DNA from: Geobacter sp.
Lineage (GTDB): Bacteria; Myxococcota_A; UBA9160; JADFDR01
Assembly: GCA_018262735.1 (NCBI GenBank)
Contig: JADFDR010000002.1
Coordinates: 1-40,711 of the forward strand
Reading direction: 5' to 3'
Length of the DNA: 40,711 nt
The notes beneath the pieces are model-generated. The model was not told where the DNA came from. It ran no database searches and saw only the letters and a program-made list of their open reading frames with translations. This document shows positions 25,988 to 34,295 of this stretch, in pieces; position 1 is the first letter of the stretch; the number at the start of each line of letters is the position of its first letter. The position numbers and the translations under genes were made by a program.

Positions 25988-26211
25988 TCGCAAGGGCCGC
26001 AAAGGATTTTATTCGTGAAAAGAAGAGAACGCAAATACGGCTTGGCGAGAACTCTCTTGCGCATATGCGTCGCACCCTCGAACAAGGCGTGCAGCGCAAG
26101 CACAAGTCCGGCTTGGCGAAGACCGCTTGCGAGATCCAAGCTCGAAACTCTCCAAACGCTACTCCTCAACTCCGGAAACAAGCCTCTTGTGAATTCTCCG
26201 GGATTGAAAAA

Positions 26212-26389
26212 AGATGCATTGCCGCCAAACGAGAAAAAGTGAACCGAAGCCAACAGAAAATGCAGAGCAGATCGCAAGCCAGATTGATTGCCGCCAAACG
26301 AGAAAAAGTGAACCGAAGCCAACAGAAAATGCAGAGCAGATCGCAAGCCAGATTGATTGCCGTCAAATGAGAAAAATTGAACCGAAGCC
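26212..26389 (+). repeat. 69-bp tandem repeat, two perfect copies plus a degenerate 31-nt third copy
   Basis: Units at 26221-26289 and 26290-26358 are identical. 26359-26389 matches the first 31 nt with 3 mismatches and runs straight into the RBS (GAGG) of the LLM gene. Confidence 0.9.
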
Positions 26390-26399
26390 GAGGTGTCCG

Positions 26400-27263
26400 A
26401 TGAAATTTGGAATTTTTCTACCCTATGGAATGGCTCCGATCGAAGATCCCGAGTATGCGACCGCCTTCGCAAAGCTCGCCGAAGAATTTGACTTCGAATC
26501 CATTTGGGTGGTCGAGCATGTGGTGATGCTCGTCGAGTACGCGTCGATCTACCCGTACGACCCGAGCGGCCGTTCGCCGTTTGCGAGCGATGTCGCGCAA
26601 CCCGATCCGCTGATTTGGCTCAGTTTTATCGCCGCCGCGACCAAGCGCATTCGCCTCGCAACGGGCGTGCTCGTGCTCCCCCAACGCAACCCGCTGATCC
26701 TCGCCAAGGAACTGGCGAGCCTCGATCGGCTCTCGGGCGGGCGGCTCGAAATCGGCATCGGGATGGGCTGGGTCAAAGAAGAAGCCGAGGCGCTCGGCAC
26801 TTGTTTTGAAAACCGCGGGCGGCGCGCCGACGAATACATCGACGTAATGCGCGCACTTTGGCGCGAGCCCGTGACCACGTTCAACGGCGAATTCGTGCGC
26901 TTCCACGGCGCGGTCTCGCGACCCAAACCCGTGCAAAAGAATGGCGTACCGATCGTGATCGGCGGCCACAGCCGCGCGGCTGCAAAACGTGCCGGTCGCA
27001 TCGGCGACGGATTTTTTCCGCTCGGTGCAGCCCCCAATGAGCTCGCCGCTCTTTGCGAAACAATGCGCGAATCGGCACGCAAACATGGCCGCGACCCCGC
27101 GCAAATCGAAGTCACTTGCGTGGGCTTGCCGGATCTCGCCTCGGCGGAGTTTTACGCGGAACGTGGCGTGCAGCGCGTGGTAGTCTCGCCCAAGCTGCGA
27201 GAGCTTTCCGAACTGCAAAAATTTTTGGAGGGATTCAAAAAAAATGTCATGGAAAAATTCTAA
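26400..27263 (+). CDS. LLM-class F420/flavin-dependent oxidoreductase
   Basis: MKFGIFLPYG, FESIWVVEHV, LATGVLVLPQRNPL and GRLEIGIGMGW. Start set to ATG 26400 (GAGG 6 nt upstream); the track ORF starts at 26214 inside the repeat. Confidence 0.88.
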   Translation: MKFGIFLPYGMAPIEDPEYATAFAKLAEEFDFESIWVVEHVVMLVEYASIYPYDPSGRSPFASDVAQPDPLIWLSFIAAATKRIRLATGVLVLPQRNPLILAKELASLDRLSGGRLEIGIGMGWVKEEAEALGTCFENRGRRADEYIDVMRALWREPVTTFNGEFVRFHGAVSRPKPVQKNGVPIVIGGHSRAAAKRAGRIGDGFFPLGAAPNELAALCETMRESARKHGRDPAQIEVTCVGLPDLASAEFYAERGVQRVVVSPKLRELSELQKFLEGFKKNVMEKF

Positions 27264-27786
27264 CTCGCTGCGCGCGCTACTCGGCGCACTGGTACTGAGC
27301 GTGGGATTTGGCAGCGGCTGCGCGACACATCATTGTGACAAAGCCTCCGATCGCGGATCGCTCGAAAGCCGCAACAAGCAACTCGCGATCGAATTCATCG
27401 CCGCAATCAGCCGCGGCGACGGTCACGCGGTGCGCGATTTCTACACCCCCGACGGAAAAGTGATCAGCCTCGGCAACTTGCCCTTCTCTGGCACCTACAC
27501 TCGCGATGAATTGGTACCCGTGATGGAAGGAATCTTCCAAGTGTTCCCGCAAGGCCTCGAACTGCGCATCACCGACATGACAGCTGAGGGAAATCGCGTG
27601 GCGATCGAAGCCGAGTCGTACGGCAAATCCGTAACGGGAGCGATCTACAACAATCGCTATCACTTTCTGCTGATCGCCGAAAACGGCAAGGTGAAACTCT
27701 TCAAGGAATACATGGATACGAAGCACGCGTACGACGTGTTGATCGCGCCGTTCGAAAAGACCGCGCCCGAAACACCGAAGCCATAA
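27244..27786 (+). CDS. secreted (possibly lipoprotein) SnoaL/NTF2-like protein
   Basis: Signal peptide LRALLGALVLSVGFGSGC followed by an NTF2-like body (NKQLAIEFIAAISRGDGHAVRDFYTPDG). Overlaps the LLM gene 3' end by 20 nt. Confidence 0.7.
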   Translation: MSWKNSNSLRALLGALVLSVGFGSGCATHHCDKASDRGSLESRNKQLAIEFIAAISRGDGHAVRDFYTPDGKVISLGNLPFSGTYTRDELVPVMEGIFQVFPQGLELRITDMTAEGNRVAIEAESYGKSVTGAIYNNRYHFLLIAENGKVKLFKEYMDTKHAYDVLIAPFEKTAPETPKP

Positions 27787-27824
27787 CCGCGTCGGCGAAA
27801 TATCCATATCCGACACAAAAATGC

Positions 27825-27860
27825 GAACGTCGTAGCGTGACATTGCGCGCTACGACGTTC
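27825..27860. terminator. strong hairpin between convergent genes (bidirectional terminator candidate)
   Basis: GAACGTCGTAGCG (27825-27837) pairs perfectly with CGCTACGACGTTC (27848-27860), with a 10-nt loop. It is followed by the T-rich CCGTTTCCATTCCTGTTTCC. Confidence 0.55.
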
Positions 27861-27883
27861 CCGTTTCCATTCCTGTTTCCGGA

Positions 27884-29857
27884 CTACGCGTTGGGCAACT
27901 TCTCTGCGATGAGTTCGGCGATGTCGAAGACCTTGCGCTCGTCGGTGCTCTTCTTCACACCGTCAGTGAGCATGAGCAAGCAGAACGGACAGGCCGTCGC
28001 GATCTTGTCGGCGCCGGTCTGCAGCGCTTCTTTCGCGCGCACATCGTTGATGCGCTCGCCGCCCGCGCCGCCCCAGTAGTTGCCTCCGCCCGCGCCGCAG
28101 CAGAAGCTGTCTTTCTTGTTGCGCGGCATTTCGACGAGTTCTCCGACGGAAGAGACCACTTGGCGCGGCCCATCGATCACATCGTTGTGTCGGGCGAGAT
28201 AGCAAGGATCGTGGAAGGTGATCTTTTCACTTCCTGCAATTTTCGGAATCTTCCCCGCAGCGATCAATTGATCGAGCAGCACAGCATGCGGCACGATTTC
28301 GTAATTGCCGCCGAGTTCCGGGTAGTAACGATCGAAGCTGTTGAAGCAATGCGCGCACATGGTGATCATCTTGGTCACGCCGATTTCGGAAAATTCCTCG
28401 ACGTTGGTCGATGCCATTTCCTGGAACAGAATCTCGTTGCCCATCTGCTTCGCCGGATCGCCGGTGCAGCGCGCTTGTTCGAGAATCCCGAATGAAACTT
28501 TTGCGTGTTGGAGGAGCTTCACCATCGCCCGCGCAACGGATTGCGCGCGCTCTTCGTACGTGATCGCACAGCCGATCCAAAGCAAGTATTCCGTCACACC
28601 TTTTTCGAAGAACGGCACATCGAGACCCTGACGCCACGCATCGGGGCTTGCGCTGGTGCCGACGAACGGATGCTCGCGGGTTTCGAGATTCTTGTTCGCG
28701 TGGCTCATGATCTCCGGAAGTTCCGAGCGCTCCATGACGAAGTGGCGGCGCATTTCGACAATGGCTTCGGGATGGCGAATGCTCACCGGGCAGGCTTCCA
28801 TGCAAGCGCCGCAGGTGACACAGTTAAATGTCGCTTCGAAACCCACGGCATCGAGAAACGACTCGTCCTCAAACTTGCCTTCGCGCAAATACTCGGCTGC
28901 CGTCACGATGATGCTCTTGGGTTTGAGCGGCTTGCCGGTTTGCGTCGCCGGACAGACTTCATTGCAGCGTCCGCACCACACGCATGCCAGAAAATCGAAA
29001 CGCGCCTTCGGCGTAAAATCGGCAAGCTTCGCTACACCAAGCGGTGGCGGATTTTCGCTTTCAAGCGCGTCAAAGTCGATCGGGCGCAGTTGCACACCGG
29101 GCTTGCGCCGCGCGAGTGCCGCGTTGATCGGAGCAAGCAACATATGCGCAAGCGGCGAATGCGCGATCGTCGAAATAAGCACGAGCCCAGCCAATCCGTG
29201 CATCCACCAAAACAAACGAAAACTACGCAATGCTGTGTCGGCAGTTACTTCGCCGAACTGATTCGACAAAAAATTGCCGACGAACATCCCCGCATGCGCT
29301 CCTTCGTAGGCAATGCGAAACCCTTCCGTCGTAAAACCCAAGCCGATGACGACGAGAAAGAACGCCTCGAGCGCCACAAATCCACGGCGCGCTTTGCCTT
29401 CGAGAAGACGCACCGGCGGAAACACCAAACGTCGCACCATGAAGAAGAGCAAACCCAACAAGACCAAAACGCCTGCAAGGTTGCGACCAAGCGCCATGAA
29501 CCAATAACCGAAGGCGCCCCCGAACACGTCGACACCGACGAACGAGAGCGGATACACCGCATGACCGAGGATCAAGACGATCGAACCGAAGAACACCATC
29601 GCGTGTGCGATCCCCGATGCGGGGCGTTTGAAAAGCCGCGACGTAAGCACGCCACGCTGAAAAAATGCGGCAAGGTTCAGGGCATCCTTTTGCATGAGTA
29701 ACGCAAGCATCGACTTCACGACATCGAGCGAAAAAGACTTGCCCGGATTGGTGAGTTTCCAGCTTCGCACGAGCCCATACACCAAAATGCCAAGCGCAAG
29801 ATGAATCAAAAGTGTCAAGATGACGTAGTTCGATATCGGGATGGAATGATCCGCCAC
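27884..29857 (-). CDS. membrane-anchored Fe-S oxidoreductase: N-terminal multi-helix (NarI/DsrM-like) domain fused to an HdrD-like 2x[4Fe-4S] + CCG domain
   Basis: About 6 N-terminal TM helices with conserved-looking His. Ferredoxin motifs CVWCGRCNEVCP and CVTCGACMEACP. Cys-rich CCG-type segments (ARCTGDP, FCCGAGGG). GTG start at 29857. Confidence 0.85.
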   Translation of the reverse strand: MADHSIPISNYVILTLLIHLALGILVYGLVRSWKLTNPGKSFSLDVVKSMLALLMQKDALNLAAFFQRGVLTSRLFKRPASGIAHAMVFFGSIVLILGHAVYPLSFVGVDVFGGAFGYWFMALGRNLAGVLVLLGLLFFMVRRLVFPPVRLLEGKARRGFVALEAFFLVVIGLGFTTEGFRIAYEGAHAGMFVGNFLSNQFGEVTADTALRSFRLFWWMHGLAGLVLISTIAHSPLAHMLLAPINAALARRKPGVQLRPIDFDALESENPPPLGVAKLADFTPKARFDFLACVWCGRCNEVCPATQTGKPLKPKSIIVTAAEYLREGKFEDESFLDAVGFEATFNCVTCGACMEACPVSIRHPEAIVEMRRHFVMERSELPEIMSHANKNLETREHPFVGTSASPDAWRQGLDVPFFEKGVTEYLLWIGCAITYEERAQSVARAMVKLLQHAKVSFGILEQARCTGDPAKQMGNEILFQEMASTNVEEFSEIGVTKMITMCAHCFNSFDRYYPELGGNYEIVPHAVLLDQLIAAGKIPKIAGSEKITFHDPCYLARHNDVIDGPRQVVSSVGELVEMPRNKKDSFCCGAGGGNYWGGAGGERINDVRAKEALQTGADKIATACPFCLLMLTDGVKKSTDERKVFDIAELIAEKLPNA

Positions 29858-30215
29858 TGCTGTTCTCTCTTTTGAAGTCGTGAAAAATTTGAAAACGCCC
29901 CGGGTCGCGATCCCGCCCGGGTTTGCAAAGCTGCGCGCGCGAAACCAACTGCACCCAGTCCAAAACTAAAACTCAAAACCACCCAAAGCCAAACTTCTCT
30001 GCGGCAAGCGAGCCTTGATTTTGCGCTCCGCTACTTTATCGAAACCGAACTCGAAACGCGCTGAAAATGGCATCGGAAGTGGCGCTCGAATCCTGCGATG
30101 AAAGGCTCGAAATTGCTGCATCGTGCGAGACATGACCGCGTGATGAAACTGCAATGAACCGTTCCAGGGCCGCGCGATTGACAGGCCCCCGTGAAGCCGC
30201 CATATACCCGGAATC

Positions 30216-31340
30216 ATGAAAGAAATTCTCTCGGAAATCGATCGCTGGCAAGGCCAAGGCGAAACCGTCGCACTCGCAACGCTCGTGCGCGTGCGCGGCT
30301 CCGCACCACGCCGCTCGGGGGCGCGTCTCGCGCTTACACCGACGGGAAAGATGAAGGGATCGGTCAGCGGCGGCTGCGTCGAAAACGATGTCTTCGAGCG
30401 CGCACTCGGCGTGATCAAAACCGGCAAGCCCGCGCTCGCGCGCTATCAAGTCACGAACGAAGCGGGCTTCGAGATCGGTCTTAGTTGCGGCGGTTCGATC
30501 GACGTTTTGATCGAACCGTTTGTCCGAGACGAAGTGCTGCGCCGTTTGCACCAAGCCCTCGAAACCCAAAAACCCGCAGCCCTTTGCATTGCGCTCAGCC
30601 CCGACGCGCTGCTCGGAAGACGAATGCTGGTCCTCGACGGAGAAACCGTCGGTGCGATCGATCCCGCCATCGACGCGGAGCTCGCCCGTGCCGCACGCGA
30701 GCACTTCGAAATCGTCGGCACGTATCACACCACACTTCCTTCCCTTGCAGAAAACAAGGTCTCCGACGGTCAAGTTTTCGAGGACAAAGCCAACAGCGAA
30801 GCGACTTTCTTCATCGAAAGCTTTGCGCCGCCGCTTTCGCTCTGGATCGTCGGTGGCACACACACCGCAATCCCGCTTTGTCGGATGGCGCGCGAGGTCG
30901 GCTTCGAAGTCACGATCGTCGATCCGCGCCCAAGCTACGCCTCGAAGGAGCGCTTTCCGGATGCGACCGCCATCGTCGAAGCCTGGCCCGAGGAAGCACT
31001 CGCGCGCGCGCCGCTCGATGATTACACCTACGTGGTCACACTCACGCACGACGCAAAATTCGATCTTCCGACGCTGCGCCAAGTGCTGCGCTCGAACGTG
31101 CGTTACATCGGCGCGCTCGGCAGCCGCAAAACACACGCGGCACGCAAAGAAAAACTTCTCGCCGAAGGATTCAACGAAACAGAAATCGCACGAATCCATG
31201 CGCCGATCGGCCTCGATCTCGGTGCCCGCACGGCGGAAGAAATTGCGCTTTCGATCCTCGCGGAACTGGTGGCTGTGCGGCACGGTCGCGACGGCGGCGC
31301 GCTTTGCCAACGCGGAACGGCGATTTATGGAGACCGCTAA
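30216..31340 (+). CDS. XdhC/CoxI-family molybdenum-hydroxylase maturation protein
   Basis: ALATLVRVRGSAPRRSGA...GSVSGGCVE (XdhC_CoxI N-domain) plus a Rossmann-like LWIVGGTHTAIPLCRMAREVGFEVTIVDPR. Confidence 0.88.
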   Translation: MKEILSEIDRWQGQGETVALATLVRVRGSAPRRSGARLALTPTGKMKGSVSGGCVENDVFERALGVIKTGKPALARYQVTNEAGFEIGLSCGGSIDVLIEPFVRDEVLRRLHQALETQKPAALCIALSPDALLGRRMLVLDGETVGAIDPAIDAELARAAREHFEIVGTYHTTLPSLAENKVSDGQVFEDKANSEATFFIESFAPPLSLWIVGGTHTAIPLCRMAREVGFEVTIVDPRPSYASKERFPDATAIVEAWPEEALARAPLDDYTYVVTLTHDAKFDLPTLRQVLRSNVRYIGALGSRKTHAARKEKLLAEGFNETEIARIHAPIGLDLGARTAEEIALSILAELVAVRHGRDGGALCQRGTAIYGDR

Positions 31341-32334
31341 CGCGCACTCACCGCGGAACCTTTGCAAGCGACCGTTTCTCTCCGGCCTTCTTCTGGCCGC
31401 CGGTGTTTCGCGCCGTCTCCAACCCCCTTCTACTCAAAATTTCAATCGCGAAAAAGAACATGGCGCAACGATCTCGTGTGACACAAAAAAGGGTTACGCA
31501 CTTCCACCCTCTACGACTCTCCTCAAACAGCTTCTCGATTTCCAGGGTCGGCCGCTTTTGCAATACGTAATCGAAACGATCGTGCGTGCGGAACTCGACG
31601 AACTCGTGATCGTTCTTGGCCATGAAGCAGAGCGGATTCAACTCGCAATTGCTCTCCCCGAAACAAACCGCACTGCTCGCCTCGCTCCAACGCCAAGAAA
31701 CTCTTCGCAACAAGTTCACCATGAGCTTCATGTGCGCGCCACCTCAAGCGTGAAGACAAGTGACACTTTCGAGAGTCGATCTCGCGATCCATGCCACACC
31801 GATGCGTGTCTGGTGCGTTTCGTCGTCAACCCCGATTTTGCGCTCGGTCAAAGCAGCTCTCTGCGTGCGGGGTTGCGCGCTCTCGATCCGCGCGCACAAG
31901 CCGTAGCGATTTTTCTCGGAGATCAACCCAGCATCGAGGTGTCCGTCGTCCATGCACTTCTCGCGAAGTTCTTCGAACTTGGAGAACGCGAGATCGCGTC
32001 TGCCAAAACAGAAACATCCAACATCTTCGCACCTCGAATCGTCCGACCTATTTACGTGGAGAAGCCCACCTCGCCGTCGGACGCTCCGACGCACGCCCAT
32101 TCGCGCACGCCGGGTCACCCCGTACTCTTCTCGCGCGCCGTATGGGAAGAGTGGGAGGCATTGCGCACGCTTGAAGGAGACCAAGGTGCACGAGCGATTT
32201 TTGCCGCGCGGCCTGAGTGGGTGCATGAAATGGAAATCGAGGCTCAAGCCCCTTTCGATATCGACACCTGGGAGGACTACGAACGCGCCGTTGACTCAGC
32301 TTCGAGTCAGGAGATAATCACGAGCAATGACTGA
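31327..32334 (+). CDS. MobA/MocA-like nucleotidyltransferase (Moco cytidylyltransferase-like) with large insertions
   Basis: Only the 3' part of track ORF 30520..32334 looks coding. Motifs: LSGLLLAAGVSRRL, KQLLDFQGRPLLQYVIE, VIVLGHEAE, NPDFALGQSSSLRAGL, FLGDQP, GHPVLF and GDQGAR. ATG 31327 overlaps the XdhC 3' end by 14 nt. Confidence 0.75.
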   Translation: METANAHSPRNLCKRPFLSGLLLAAGVSRRLQPPSTQNFNREKEHGATISCDTKKGYALPPSTTLLKQLLDFQGRPLLQYVIETIVRAELDELVIVLGHEAERIQLAIALPETNRTARLAPTPRNSSQQVHHELHVRATSSVKTSDTFESRSRDPCHTDACLVRFVVNPDFALGQSSSLRAGLRALDPRAQAVAIFLGDQPSIEVSVVHALLAKFFELGEREIASAKTETSNIFAPRIVRPIYVEKPTSPSDAPTHAHSRTPGHPVLFSRAVWEEWEALRTLEGDQGARAIFAARPEWVHEMEIEAQAPFDIDTWEDYERAVDSASSQEIITSND

Positions 32335-34291
32335 GCCGTCGCCGTCCTCTCCCAAATCTTCCGAGCCATTTCCCGTGGACGCGGATCGCGCTTTGCCCGA
32401 AACGACGCAGCGCGAAAACGAACGACACCTGCTCACCTCGAGCATCTTGCTCTTGCTCGCAGGAATCTTTGTACTCGATCTCTTGCTGCCGCTCGGCATC
32501 GCAGCCGGCGTGCTCTACGTTGCCGTCGTTCTACTTTCTCTGCGCTCCGGAAGCCCGCGTTACACCTGGATCGTCACCATCGGTGCGAGTGTTCTCACGG
32601 TGCTCGATTATTTCCTCTCCCCGGCGGCTCCAATCGCACTTTGGATCGTGCTGCTCAACCGCGGTCTTTCCTTGAGTGCAATCTGGGCGGCGGCCTACCT
32701 CACGCTCGGAACGCAGCGCATGGCGGAGGTCTCGCATCAGCAAAACAAAGCTCTCGAGCAATCCTCCGACGGAATTGCGATTTTTCATGCAAACGAACGC
32801 ATCGAGTTTGCAAACGCGGCATTCGCAAAAATGCACGGCTACGCCGAGCAAGAAATCCTGCGTCTGACGCTTGCCGATCTCCACACCGCAGAACAGCTCG
32901 AAAAAGAAGTACGGCCGTTTCTGCAGCAAATGGAAAGCGTCGGTTACAACTTGGGCGAGCTCTGCCGAGTGACACAAAAAAATGTTATTTTCGAAACGCG
33001 CACGTCTGCAAGTACTCTTCGCAATGCGCAAGGCATTCCCATTGGCTTCATCATGATCGCCAAAGATATCTCTGCAGAACGCGCACTCGAAGCACAACTA
33101 CGTCAGGCCCAAAAAATGGAATCCATTGGGCGCCTCGCCGGTGGCGTGGCACACGACTTCAATACGATTCTCGGCACGATTCTCGGCAACTGCGAACTCG
33201 TCAAAGAACAATTGCCCGACTGCCGCTTGCGCGAACCCATCCATCAAATTCAAAAAGCCGCCGCACGCGGCGCAGGTCTCACGCGGCAACTTCTCGCCTT
33301 TAGCCGACACCAAACTGCACAAACGCAAGTCGTCGATTTGAATGTGCTCGTGCGCGATCTCGAACCGATGCTACGTCGATTGCTCACCGAAGACATTCAG
33401 ATTGCGCTCGATCTCCATCCGACACTCGAAAGAGTCAAGATCGATCCCAGCATGATCGAGCAAGTCGTCATGAATCTCGTCGTCAATTCGAGCGATGCCA
33501 TGCCACGTGGCGGAAAGATCACGATCCACACTTCGAATGTCCACTTTCACGAAAAACCTCAGCAAAGTTTGATCGAGATTGCACCGGGTGCGTACGCCGC
33601 TCTTTGCATCCGCGACACCGGAATGGGCATGGACGAAGCGACACAAAACCGTATCTTCGAACCTTTTTTCACGACCAAAGAGGCGCACCGTGGCACCGGC
33701 CTTGGACTTTCCATGGTCTATGGCATCGTGCATCAAAACCAGGGCGGACTCGTGCTCGAAAGTGCGCCCGAAAAAGGCACGCGAATTTGCATCTACCTGC
33801 CACGCACCGAGGAGGCGCTTGCCGAAACGGCTCTTTCTCCAAGCAGTCCACAAAGCGCCACATCGAAATTGATTACGATCTCGGGCGGAGAGACGCTACT
33901 CCTCGTGGAAGACGATCCTTCGTTCCGTGAGCTTTTGGCAGAATTTTTGCGAAATTGTGGCTACCGCGTATTGAGCGCAAGCAACCCCTCCGAGGCGCTC
34001 AAACAAGCTTCGCAGCATCCGAGTGAGATCCAACTGTTGATTACCGACGTCGTCATGCCTGAAATGAACGGGCTCGAACTCGCAGAAAAACTCACAGAAA
34101 CTCATCGTGACTTACGAACGCTCTACATCTCGGGCTACACCGACGATGTCTTGATCGATCGCGCGGGCGTGATCGCCGAGCACAACTTCCTGCACAAGCC
34201 ATTCGGGCTGCGCACCTTGCAACAGAAGATCATCGCGCTCTTGGAACGGACCAAAACATTACGTTCGACAAACGCAACGCAAACCGAGTGA
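32327..34291 (+). CDS. hybrid sensor histidine kinase / response regulator (TM-PAS-HisKA-HATPase-REC)
   Basis: N-terminal TM helices. PAS-like segment (SSDGIAIFHANERIEFANAAFAKMHGY). H-box VAHDFNTILGTILG. G-boxes DTGMGMD and GTGLGLS. C-terminal REC (LLLVEDDPSF...ITDVVMPEMNG). The ATG overlaps the MocA-like stop (ATGACTGA). Confidence 0.9.
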   Translation: MTEPSPSSPKSSEPFPVDADRALPETTQRENERHLLTSSILLLLAGIFVLDLLLPLGIAAGVLYVAVVLLSLRSGSPRYTWIVTIGASVLTVLDYFLSPAAPIALWIVLLNRGLSLSAIWAAAYLTLGTQRMAEVSHQQNKALEQSSDGIAIFHANERIEFANAAFAKMHGYAEQEILRLTLADLHTAEQLEKEVRPFLQQMESVGYNLGELCRVTQKNVIFETRTSASTLRNAQGIPIGFIMIAKDISAERALEAQLRQAQKMESIGRLAGGVAHDFNTILGTILGNCELVKEQLPDCRLREPIHQIQKAAARGAGLTRQLLAFSRHQTAQTQVVDLNVLVRDLEPMLRRLLTEDIQIALDLHPTLERVKIDPSMIEQVVMNLVVNSSDAMPRGGKITIHTSNVHFHEKPQQSLIEIAPGAYAALCIRDTGMGMDEATQNRIFEPFFTTKEAHRGTGLGLSMVYGIVHQNQGGLVLESAPEKGTRICIYLPRTEEALAETALSPSSPQSATSKLITISGGETLLLVEDDPSFRELLAEFLRNCGYRVLSASNPSEALKQASQHPSEIQLLITDVVMPEMNGLELAEKLTETHRDLRTLYISGYTDDVLIDRAGVIAEHNFLHKPFGLRTLQQKIIALLERTKTLRSTNATQTE

Positions 34292-34295
34292 CACT

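Noticed and set aside
26212-26389. Tandem repeat as a CRISPR array
   Set aside because: The units are directly adjacent with no unique spacers, the 69-nt period is too long, and no cas genes are present.
26214-26399. N-terminal 62-aa extension of the LLM protein made of 23-aa repeats (CRQTRKSEPKPTENAEQIASQID)
   Set aside because: It is in frame, but it is A-rich with low third-position GC unlike the neighbouring genes, and it has no SD before ATG 26214. A good GAGG RBS precedes ATG 26400, where the conserved LLM N-terminus MKFGIF begins. It is kept as a non-coding tandem repeat, and possible translation is flagged in the findings.
29961-29996. A-rich tract CAAAACTAAAACTCAAAACCACCCAAAGCCAAAC in the divergent promoter region
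   Set aside because: It is low-complexity and not phased at helical periodicity, and no repeat unit beyond two AAAACT copies is present. It is probably just promoter-region AT bias.
29858-30215. Possible Moco riboswitch upstream of XdhC
   Set aside because: This is an attractive location, but I could not recognise the conserved Moco-motif helices or loops by eye. Only a thrice-repeated CTCGAA and a CCCGGG hairpin were visible. A covariance-model scan (Rfam RF01055) is needed before any claim.
30520-31326. 5' two-thirds of the 604-aa track ORF 30520..32334
   Set aside because: This part overlaps XdhC in another frame and translates to Ser/Arg/Pro-rich sequence without motifs. Only the portion from ATG 31327 shows MobA/MocA blocks.
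30036-31367. 443-aa minus-strand ORF
   Set aside because: Antisense shadow of XdhC with no recognisable domain.
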